Virus record (IMG/VR): IMGVR_UViG_3300040801_006072
Span: 180 to 64,179 of that record
Direction: 5' to 3' (one strand)
Source of the DNA: a virus
Length of the DNA stretch: 64,000 nucleotides
The notes under the pieces were generated by a model. The model searched no databases. It saw only the letters and a list, made by a program, of their open reading frames with translations, and was not told where the DNA came from. Positions 45,176 through 52,373 of this stretch are shown here, one piece after another; position 1 is the first letter of the stretch, and each line of letters starts with the position of its first letter. A program made the translations under genes and the position numbers.

Positions 45176-45623
45176 TTTCTTTTATTTCTTTGTCGTCATA
45201 TCCGGCAGCAATCAAGGTGTCTACTATTTCTTCTTTGCTGGATATAGTTTCTAACAACTCAAGCTCGTCATTCTTGAGACTTGGGTAAATCTTAGACAGT
45301 GTTTCCTGGACCTTATTTTTGCCTCGTGTCTTTCCCGGCTTAATCCATTGATGAAACTGTTTAGTTCCTGTGCCGCACAGCGCCATCAGTTTCCACTGTA
45401 ATTCAGGATGCTTTGTTAGAGCACTGAAGTTGTGATTAACAAACTCATTTACCATAATGAGATAGTGGTCTGCTGTTCGGCCTTTACAAGAGCTCAGCCA
45501 GCGCATGGTAATCCATGCGACGAACTCTTTCTTTTTATCATCGTCTAGCCTATTATAAAAGTCCTTGTCGCCCTGGTCAAGTGCAGGCAGGACTTCTTTA
45601 AACATGTCTAATTTTTTTGCCAC
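45165..45623 (-). CDS. putative clamp-loader small subunit (gp62-like)
   Basis: LDMFKEVLPALD...WITMRWLS...HPELQWKL...FHQWIKP; resemblance recalled, not computed. Confidence 0.55.
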   Translation of the reverse strand: MAKKLDMFKEVLPALDQGDKDFYNRLDDDKKKEFVAWITMRWLSSCKGRTADHYLIMVNEFVNHNFSALTKHPELQWKLMALCGTGTKQFHQWIKPGKTRGKNKVQETLSKIYPSLKNDELELLETISSKEEIVDTLIAAGYDDKEIKEIVK

Positions 45624-45885
45624 GTGTTTTCTCTTTCTGGTTAGGACCAATAAGTGCAGGATTTTTTAGTGCCCAGTTGAACAAACTTGTGCTATTCAGT
45701 TTGCCTTTGAGCATGAGAACATTTAAGAGTTGCTCGTCCTCTGTGTGTACCTCAACAACTTGTCGATATGTTTCGTCTTGAGTAATTCGATAGTGCGTAA
45801 ACCCTAGCTCTTGTAAGTATCGATGCAAGGGCAGTTCTGAGGAAGCACTGCGAGTTAGTGCATATTCAAATGCAAACTTTCTCAC
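45598..45885 (-). CDS. hypothetical protein
   Basis: 95-aa ORF with GTGA overlap. Confidence 0.55.
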   Translation of the reverse strand: MRKFAFEYALTRSASSELPLHRYLQELGFTHYRITQDETYRQVVEVHTEDEQLLNVLMLKGKLNSTSLFNWALKNPALIGPNQKEKTRGKKIRHV

Positions 45886-46385
45886 GAAAATAATTCGCCT
45901 ACACTCAAGCTATCGGGTATCTTGTTTTTCTCTTTCACAAAAATTGCACAGCGAGGCTTATCACCTTCCTCTAGAGGAACCACAAGCATGGTGCCGTGTC
46001 TCAATTTCGGAAAATACCATTTTACTTCTGCATACACATTTACGATATTTACTTCGAACGGTTCGGGAACCATGTGATGAAGTGGATTGAATACTGTGGT
46101 GAAGAATCCCCTATCATTCAATTCAGTTAGAGGCATAATCTCGATATCCGAGTAATCTTCGTCACACACCACAATTGACCAGTCAAGTGGCATTTGTATT
46201 CTATTCTCACCAATCTGCAACACAATCGCAGGAGCATAAAATGACTCTAGGAAGATCAAAGGAATAAAATAGTAGTCGGTGTTGCTAGGATCTGTAGTAT
46301 CAAACACACAGTAACGAATGTCCTCTACTTCATCAGGAATCCTATTTAATTCATAACTCTTGTTTTCGTGGGTTAGTATTAGCAT
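45882..46385 (-). CDS. hypothetical protein
   Basis: DYYFIPLIFLESFYAPAIVL...MPLDWSI...KWYFPKL. Confidence 0.75.
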   Translation of the reverse strand: MLILTHENKSYELNRIPDEVEDIRYCVFDTTDPSNTDYYFIPLIFLESFYAPAIVLQIGENRIQMPLDWSIVVCDEDYSDIEIMPLTELNDRGFFTTVFNPLHHMVPEPFEVNIVNVYAEVKWYFPKLRHGTMLVVPLEEGDKPRCAIFVKEKNKIPDSLSVGELFS

Positions 46386-46386
46386 A

Positions 46387-46677
46387 TTATCTTGTCGTCG
46401 CTTCGTGTGAATAGTGTTCTAGGTGCTCTTTAAAATCCATTCCGCTCCTGAGACGAATCAGCATTTCTGCCTGATCCATTTCATCATCCCATTCGAGATA
46501 CACAGCTAAGAATCTCGACTCAAGTAGATCAGGACAAATCTCGTCGTAATGGCCTATAGCAAAAGCTTTATTCGGAAATATAATTTCCAGAATGTCTTGA
46601 ATTAGGCGGAAATCTAAAACACTTATTTTTGTTAAAATTTCTCGTGGATTGTCGAGTTCGTGTTTTTCAACCAGCAT
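46387..46677 (-). CDS. hypothetical protein
   Basis: 96-aa coupled ORF. Confidence 0.6.
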   Translation of the reverse strand: MLVEKHELDNPREILTKISVLDFRLIQDILEIIFPNKAFAIGHYDEICPDLLESRFLAVYLEWDDEMDQAEMLIRLRSGMDFKEHLEHYSHEATTR

Positions 46678-48110
46678 CAGTAATTTAGCTTATGTACCTT
46701 GTGAGGATACCCTGCTTCCTTGTAGTGTTTCTTTCTTTTTGTTAGGTGTCGTTTTGCATACTTACAACTAGACGTGATGTCGTATACGTTTACGAAGTCT
46801 TTGTCTTCTGCTACACGAAGTCCTCGACCAATCGACTGTATCACTCTCACAAAACTTTTCCCGGGCTCAATCAACACGAGATTAAAAATACGGTTGATGT
46901 TAATTCCAGTAGATGCAACACCGTATGTAGCAATGATCAACTTATTATCTTCGAACTGTACAGATTTGTATTCTTCCTTCCTATCAGTGGATTTTACTTT
47001 ACCACTAATAAATACCCCGCCCAAATGCTCTTCGAGCATTTCACCGGTTTGCACACGATCAACAAGAACCAATGTGTTTCCTTGTTGTGCTAGTCCAGAG
47101 ATCTTATCTGCAATAAATTCAATTCTGTCGCTACAGGTAGTGAGCCATTTTAGCTCTGCTTGATAGTTATTAAAGCCGCCAGGATCCTGTAGCTGCCAAA
47201 TATCAATATGGCAATTAGCAAGGTATCCTTTTTCTTGCAGATCTGAGGCTTTAATTTCGCCTGCTGTAGGACCAATACATGCCAACACACCTACCTTTTC
47301 GTATTCTTCTTCGGGCAGTGTTCCAGTTAGTCCCCAACGGATCGGACAATGCGCAAACTCTTGGCTTAGTAGTCGCTTCAGTACATCTGCTTTTGCTTTG
47401 TGAACTTCGTCTACTATCACTGCTGCCACACCGTCTGTCATTGCGTCGATAGAGCCATCTCTTTTCTTTTTCAGTACTTCTAGGCTTTGCCATGTGCAAA
47501 TGGTATGAGTGTGCCCTACTTCTTTTCTATCTCCGTAATACACACCTACATCAAGCCCAAAGTTAATGTAATCTTCTTCTGTTTGTGTAACTAGATCCTT
47601 AGTAGGAACAATAACCACACTGCGACCGTATTGCTCGACTTTGTGCGACAGGATAGCAGTAATAATTGTCTTGCCGCCAGCAGTGGGGCAAATGTTAACT
47701 GACTGTGTTTCCTGTAAAGAACTGTTAATGACGCCGACTTGATAGTCTCTTAGCACAACAGGCTGGCCAGCTAGCGGGTGTCCTTCGGGCCACTTAACAT
47801 GACTGTAACTGTTTTCGTCTACTTCTTGAAACTCGAAGCTGTAGTGTGTCCTTCGGTCATCAAGTTCAATGTCATAACCAGCAGAATATACGATCGGCAA
47901 TATGCGATCTAAAAGATTGATATAGGTTCGACCACCAGTGTCACAGAATGTAATATTTCCATTCCATCGGCCTAATTTATAGGCCGGAGTATGCCTAGCA
48001 TACGGAAGGAAGTAAGTAAGTTCTTTTACGATTTTTCTGCGAGTTTCTACATCTAAATTGCTTAGACGGCAGTTGACTTCATCCTTGATTTCTAGAATAC
48101 ACTGCTTCAT
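46677..48110 (-). CDS. uvsW: SF2 DNA helicase (UvsW-like)
   Basis: LRDYQ, PTAGGKT, VIVDEVH, GLTGT and QSIGRGLR; start moved to ATG at 48110, downstream of the promoter. Confidence 0.92.
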   Translation of the reverse strand: MKQCILEIKDEVNCRLSNLDVETRRKIVKELTYFLPYARHTPAYKLGRWNGNITFCDTGGRTYINLLDRILPIVYSAGYDIELDDRRTHYSFEFQEVDENSYSHVKWPEGHPLAGQPVVLRDYQVGVINSSLQETQSVNICPTAGGKTIITAILSHKVEQYGRSVVIVPTKDLVTQTEEDYINFGLDVGVYYGDRKEVGHTHTICTWQSLEVLKKKRDGSIDAMTDGVAAVIVDEVHKAKADVLKRLLSQEFAHCPIRWGLTGTLPEEEYEKVGVLACIGPTAGEIKASDLQEKGYLANCHIDIWQLQDPGGFNNYQAELKWLTTCSDRIEFIADKISGLAQQGNTLVLVDRVQTGEMLEEHLGGVFISGKVKSTDRKEEYKSVQFEDNKLIIATYGVASTGININRIFNLVLIEPGKSFVRVIQSIGRGLRVAEDKDFVNVYDITSSCKYAKRHLTKRKKHYKEAGYPHKVHKLNY

Positions 48111-48126
48111 AAAATCCTTTTTGCTT

Positions 48127-48155
48127 ATTATAATGCCAGCGTTCCATGCTGTCAA
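48127..48155 (-). promoter_or_regulatory. perfect sigma70 consensus promoter for uvsW
   Basis: TTGACA-17 nt-TATAAT. Confidence 0.85.
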
Positions 48156-48157
48156 GA

Positions 48158-48183
48158 GAAACGTGGCCCGAAAGCCACGTTTC
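48158..48183 (-). terminator. hairpin, likely terminator, after the accessory island
   Basis: GAAACGTGGC / GCCACGTTTC 10-bp stem with a TTTCGG loop; weak T-tail. Confidence 0.6.
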
Positions 48184-48192
48184 ATTCTTTTG

Positions 48193-48576
48193 TTACTTGT
48201 CTTCGAACTCCTCCTTTAACTTCAGGTATTGTTCTCGACGTCTTTCTTCGGCTGCTTTTTCTTCCTTGAGCTTTCGGGCCTTTTCGCGATGTTCTTTCTT
48301 GCGCTGTTCCTCGGCCTGCCTGGTCTTTTCTTTTTCCATCCACTCTTCATCCCAAAGATAGCTAGCAGGGATTGTGTGGTGGTCGGATTCGTAATAACCG
48401 CAGCAACTCTGGGAAGTATGGATCGTCATAGAATACGAATCGAAATCAATGTGTTCGATGTATTCTCGATCACGGCCGTTTGCCTTAAGCCAAAGATTAC
48501 CGATATCTTCTGCTCTCTCATAAATCTCTTCATGTGCACGAGCAAAAACTGCGTATCTGCGTTCGGTGATAGCCAT
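48193..48576 (-). CDS. hypothetical protein with charged C-terminal coil
   Basis: 127-aa ORF. Confidence 0.65.
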   Translation of the reverse strand: MAITERRYAVFARAHEEIYERAEDIGNLWLKANGRDREYIEHIDFDSYSMTIHTSQSCCGYYESDHHTIPASYLWDEEWMEKEKTRQAEEQRKKEHREKARKLKEEKAAEERRREQYLKLKEEFEDK

Positions 48577-49025
48577 TATGCAACCTCCTCCATCTTTGCA
48601 ACAGTGTTAGGATCGATTAATTTCCAACCCTTAATGATCTCAGCTACAGACTTGAGAGCATCTTCGTCGATGGTTCCGCCAAAAGGACCGAGCAGTTCAG
48701 CTCTTCGTTTCTTGGCGTATGGAGTATCACCTTCGATGCCTATACAGATTTTCCATTTGGCCTGCTCGAAAGCATAGTACGGCGGCTGGCCATGGACTTT
48801 GTAGTTAGGAACAAACAGCTTGTGAATGTCCTTCCCACGAAGTAGGGCATATAGCAGATGGTGTTCGCACTTCAGACTGCTGGCAAAGTATGGGGTTCCA
48901 CCCCAGTACTTCATTTCCTGTTTTTTTGCCTGACCCGAATTGATGTAGTCTTTCCAGGCCTGTCTGAATTGCAGGTAGTGGTCTTTTGTTTCAAAAAAGT
49001 TGTATTGTGCGTTTTCGATTTTCAT
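48576..49025 (-). CDS. hypothetical protein
   Basis: 149 aa; GGAG RBS. Confidence 0.7.
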   Translation of the reverse strand: MKIENAQYNFFETKDHYLQFRQAWKDYINSGQAKKQEMKYWGGTPYFASSLKCEHHLLYALLRGKDIHKLFVPNYKVHGQPPYYAFEQAKWKICIGIEGDTPYAKKRRAELLGPFGGTIDEDALKSVAEIIKGWKLIDPNTVAKMEEVA

Positions 49026-49096
49026 GGTTTGTTTCTCCGTAAATTAAGGTTTGTAGTTTGCACAGATATACAAACCCTTACGGGGAACCACGAATA

Positions 49097-49258
49097 CTAG
49101 GAATCTAGGTCCAGATCATCTTCCTTTTCCTCCTCTTCTGGTTGTGATGAGTAAAAAGGTGTGTTCCTTTCTTCCCATCGTTTAGCAGCGGTAAGCTGCA
49201 CTGTTAAATCCTTCTTGGCTGCTTCAAGCGCAAGTTGGAATGCTGTCTTCTTCGTCAT
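49097..49258 (-). CDS. small acidic-tailed hypothetical protein
   Basis: MTKKTAFQLALEAAKKDL...EEEEKEDDLDLDS; overlaps the upstream ORF. Confidence 0.4.
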   Translation of the reverse strand: MTKKTAFQLALEAAKKDLTVQLTAAKRWEERNTPFYSSQPEEEEKEDDLDLDS

Positions 49259-49490
49259 CGAACGGACTCGGCTGAGGATATCTCTCAAGCCAGTTGTAGA
49301 ACAGGTCCCAAATCGGGTCCTCTTCTTCCGGATAGTAAGGCTTCTGTGCCCAACGATCCCACGAAAACATCGGTCCACAGTACGGATGGAACTCCATCCA
49401 CACATAACGATTGCCGACATGGAAACGAAATCTAGGGTGATTTGTTCCGCAAAGTATCAGCGATCCGTCTTTGGACGATACGCAACTCAT
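49224..49490 (-). CDS. hypothetical aromatic-rich protein
   Basis: 88 aa; TAATG coupling; WMEFHPYCGPMF. Confidence 0.6.
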   Translation of the reverse strand: MSCVSSKDGSLILCGTNHPRFRFHVGNRYVWMEFHPYCGPMFSWDRWAQKPYYPEEEDPIWDLFYNWLERYPQPSPFDDEEDSIPTCA

Positions 49491-49681
49491 TAACCTACAC
49501 CCTGAATTTCAGTGATCACATCGTTCTCAATGATCACGTTAACCCTGTCTAGTCGATAATCACAGGTACCCATCATCCACTCGCCGTCGACTTTGGCCTT
49601 ACGTAGTACCATGTCTGCGAGACTGAGGAGTGCCTCAGCTTCGGGTATTGTCTTACCAATCAGTTGGTCAAAGTTTTGCAT
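49490..49681 (-). CDS. potato-inhibitor-I / peptidase inhibitor I78-like small protein
   Basis: 63 aa: LIGKTIPEA...MGTCDYRLDRVNVIIENDVITEIQGVG; GGAG RBS. Confidence 0.6.
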   Translation of the reverse strand: MQNFDQLIGKTIPEAEALLSLADMVLRKAKVDGEWMMGTCDYRLDRVNVIIENDVITEIQGVG

Positions 49682-49703
49682 AATCTTCTCCCATTGCAGA
49701 CTG

Positions 49704-49732
49704 ACAGTAGCAATATTTAGCTTCGATGTCAA
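49704..49732 (-). promoter_or_regulatory. sigma70-type promoter downstream of the tRNA
   Basis: TTGACA-17 nt-TACTGT. Confidence 0.6.
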
Positions 49733-49740
49733 CCTATGTT

Positions 49741-49816
49741 TGGTGCTCCGGGTGGGACTCGAACCCACGACCGGCGGTTTTAGAGGCCGCTGCTCTGCCA
49801 ACTGAGCTACCGGAAC
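49741..49816 (-). tRNA. amber suppressor tRNA (anticodon CUA), Trp-like anticodon arm
   Basis: GTTCCGG TA GCTC AGTTGGCA GAGC A GCGGC CT CTA AA ACCGC CGGTC GTGGG TTCGAGT CCCAC CCGGAGC A CCA; 76 nt, encoded CCA, C31-A39 mismatch. Confidence 0.93.
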
Positions 49817-49826
49817 GTATGTAGCT

Positions 49827-49855
49827 ATAGTAGCAATATTGCTCTTCGTTGTCAA
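49827..49855 (-). promoter_or_regulatory. sigma70-type promoter for the suppressor tRNA
   Basis: TTGACA-17 nt-TACTAT, ending 11 nt before the tRNA 5' end. Confidence 0.8.
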
Positions 49856-50292
49856 GAAAGGATATATTCTTTTGCAAGCTCTGCACGAATCTTCATCAAA
49901 AGCTTGCCCAAGTGGTTTTCTCCTTCGCCGTCGCAAACACCCCAGAACTTATCGCCCCAGGTATTTCCTTCGACTAGCTCGCAATCCCCTGTAAGCAGTA
50001 GCATCTCTCTCATGCTCGGAACAGAAAACTTAGCACGTAGAATATTTTCCATCACTTCAAGTTTCACTGTTTCCCAATCTTCTCGCAAAGGCACCATTCT
50101 GCCGGCTCGCTTGGCTTGGCCCGGTGTACGGCAATTACGAATAAAGTCTTTCCACACAGGATCGTTTGTCTTAGCACACATATATGCATGTTCGGAACTA
50201 GGATACTCATATCCATCATAGATTACTTTACAGTAATAGAAGTTAGACAGAAAATGAAATTCGTCTGAGAAATTATTAATCGATTCTTGCAT
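49852..50292 (-). CDS. NADAR (YbiA-like) family protein
   Basis: FLSNFY, SSEHAYMCAK, AKRAGR, WETVK...AKF, LVEGNTWGDKFWG and GENHLGKLLMKIR. Confidence 0.92.
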   Translation of the reverse strand: MQESINNFSDEFHFLSNFYYCKVIYDGYEYPSSEHAYMCAKTNDPVWKDFIRNCRTPGQAKRAGRMVPLREDWETVKLEVMENILRAKFSVPSMREMLLLTGDCELVEGNTWGDKFWGVCDGEGENHLGKLLMKIRAELAKEYILS

Positions 50293-50740
50293 CGTCTAAG
50301 CCTGCTACTCTCAATCTAGTGATGTGTCCTACCATCCACGACTTTTGATCAAGTCCTTTCATAATGCCTAAAAACTTGTTACGCAGTAGTGCAAACTCAT
50401 TTACGATCATTGTCAAGTCCACTACGTCTTGCTCACCATCGATATATTTTTCTGCATCTCTGCTTGATAACTGTCGATTGTAAGTTTCTAGATACTTCTT
50501 GAAGCAGTGAGATCTTTTCTTTCTTAGTTCAATTTGCAAGAACTCAAGAATGGCCTCAAGCTCTTGCAATTGAGTAAAACGGTATTCAACATGACCCGGA
50601 AGTTCCGAGCCATGTTTTTCGATTGTCTTATCTTTCATGCTAAGATCTCTTTTTGCCTCGGCATACTCCTTTTCGAAGTAGTCGATACAATTCGGTATCT
50701 CAGCTAGATTGTTTGATACTTTATAGTACCATCCGCTCAT
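50276..50740 (-). CDS. uvsY: recombination mediator UvsY-like protein
   Basis: YLETYNRQLSSRDAEKYIDGE...LLRNKFLGIMKGLDQKSWM. Confidence 0.8.
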   Translation of the reverse strand: MSGWYYKVSNNLAEIPNCIDYFEKEYAEAKRDLSMKDKTIEKHGSELPGHVEYRFTQLQELEAILEFLQIELRKKRSHCFKKYLETYNRQLSSRDAEKYIDGEQDVVDLTMIVNEFALLRNKFLGIMKGLDQKSWMVGHITRLRVAGLDDARID

Positions 50741-51069
50741 TAAAGGACTCTCTTAATACCGTGTTCCATTGCTTCGACAAACATGTGTGCTCGTCTAGCT
50801 CTGTTTTCCGAACGCTCTTTGACACGCATTACTTTCTGCGGAACATCTAAATGCTCCACCAGCATGTCGTGCAATGCAGTAAGGTTATTCGGCTCTGTTA
50901 CCCAACGCACTGCTTCGGGCGTAGTTGCCAGCGACTTTTTAAGTTCTCCAACTAGCATAAGTGTGCGTTCTGCATCGCCGTCTTCAATTGCGTTTTCAAG
51001 CAGCGCCACAATAGTTTCGACACTAATAGTCATAGTCATCGTCTTCGTCCTCTTCGTATTCGTCAACAC
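50740..51069 (-). CDS. hypothetical protein
   Basis: ~100-aa ORF coupled to uvsY. Confidence 0.55.
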   Translation of the reverse strand: MLTNTKRTKTMTMTISVETIVALLENAIEDGDAERTLMLVGELKKSLATTPEAVRWVTEPNNLTALHDMLVEHLDVPQKVMRVKERSENRARRAHMFVEAMEHGIKRVL

Positions 51070-51259
51070 CGTATAAGCTTTTCACGGCTGCGCCTAGTGG
51101 GCGGTCTAGTGTGTCAACTGCTTCTTCTAACCCATCTGCGTAGCCGTGCTCGTCGAACACGGCCACAATTGCATCAGCAACATCGAGCCTTTCTTTCTGG
51201 GGAACAAAAGGCTTTAATCTTGCCCAGAGCTCAGTGATAAGATCTACATCAGGCTGCAT
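51023..51259 (-). CDS. small acidic hypothetical protein
   Basis: 78 aa; ends EDEDDDYDY then TAG. Confidence 0.7.
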   Translation of the reverse strand: MQPDVDLITELWARLKPFVPQKERLDVADAIVAVFDEHGYADGLEEAVDTLDRPLGAAVKSLYGVDEYEEDEDDDYDY

Positions 51260-52328
51260 CTTCGTCCTCTTCGATAGTATCTACTCTTACTTCAAAGTCG
51301 TCGGAAGTAAATTCGCTCATAATAAGATCAAGTAGCTCGCGATTATTTGCAAAATTCTTCTTGAACTCTTTGAACTCTTCCCCGGTTCTTTTCGAAACAT
51401 ACTTATGCTTGGTGCTGTCTTTTACGATCACACCTGTTTTTTCAAAAAGATCAAACAGCCCTGAGTAAGGATCCATGCCAGTTTCGTATGGAATGTAAAC
51501 ATCTACAGTCTCAAACGGCTTGGCGTAACGTGACTTAACAACTTTACAAGTTGCCTTAATACCACGGACGTCTGTAACCTTGTTGCCTTTTTCATCTTCC
51601 TTTAGCTTCTTCTTGCGCATTGCAACTACAATGCTAGATGCATAAATGAAGCCTTCGCCACCGGAAATCTTGTCGTCCGGATCGAACATGTCTTGGCTTG
51701 CATAAGTGTGGTTAGTAGCAACCAGGCCAATGTCGTATGGCGCAATCATGTTAACAGTTCTGCTAACCAGCGCCTTGAGCTGCTTGGCCTTAATACCCAT
51801 ATCGCCTTTCATGTCGCCCTTTTCAAACTGATCTACCTGGGTAGGAGTTTGCAACATGCCCACTGAGTCCACAATAAACAGAACCTTGGGACGATTCTCC
51901 GGGTCAGCATCATCGTATTCTAGTTTGTAGTCTTGCATGAATCCGTTGATGATTTGTGCTACTTCGTTAACCATAGAAACACCAATGCGAAGCAACTTAT
52001 CTTCTGATGTATCTACGCCTAGTGCATGTAGCCACTCCTCGTCAAGTGCGTTTTCACTGTCAAGCAAAACAACAAAACATCCTTGCTCCTGTGCATACTT
52101 AGCTAGGTTACCGGAACAAATGTAACTCTTGCCTGCGCCGGATTGACCAGCAAACACAGTTACCTTACCTAGGGGCACACCTTTGTTAAAGTCTCCCGAG
52201 ATAAGATAGTTTAGGCAATAGTTTCCGGTGCTAACCCAAGTCTTAGGGTCGTTAAAGCCGGTGCTAATGCCAGTAATACTCTTAGTAATTCCCTTTCGAA
52301 ATTTCGAGGGATCAAATGGTCGAGTCAT
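51249..52328 (-). CDS. uvsX: RecA/UvsX-like recombinase
   Basis: Walker A AGQSGAGKS, LDSENA, FIVDSVG, TNHTY and SGGEGFIYASS; start moved to MTRPFD. Confidence 0.93.
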   Translation of the reverse strand: MTRPFDPSKFRKGITKSITGISTGFNDPKTWVSTGNYCLNYLISGDFNKGVPLGKVTVFAGQSGAGKSYICSGNLAKYAQEQGCFVVLLDSENALDEEWLHALGVDTSEDKLLRIGVSMVNEVAQIINGFMQDYKLEYDDADPENRPKVLFIVDSVGMLQTPTQVDQFEKGDMKGDMGIKAKQLKALVSRTVNMIAPYDIGLVATNHTYASQDMFDPDDKISGGEGFIYASSIVVAMRKKKLKEDEKGNKVTDVRGIKATCKVVKSRYAKPFETVDVYIPYETGMDPYSGLFDLFEKTGVIVKDSTKHKYVSKRTGEEFKEFKKNFANNRELLDLIMSEFTSDDFEVRVDTIEEDEDAA

Positions 52329-52341
52329 TAGGAATCTCCAG

Positions 52342-52364
52342 AAAAAGGGGTGCGGGTGCACCCC
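52342..52364 (-). terminator. intrinsic terminator after the gp32-like gene
   Basis: GGGGTGC-ACCC-GCACCCC followed by TTTTT. Confidence 0.8.
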
Positions 52365-52373
52365 TGATCGTTA

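Noticed and set aside
49682-49936. N-terminal part of ORF 49490..49936 (and antisense ORF 49593..49805)
   Set aside because: It is a translation through the tRNA gene and promoters. The credible CDS starts at ATG 49681 with an RBS.
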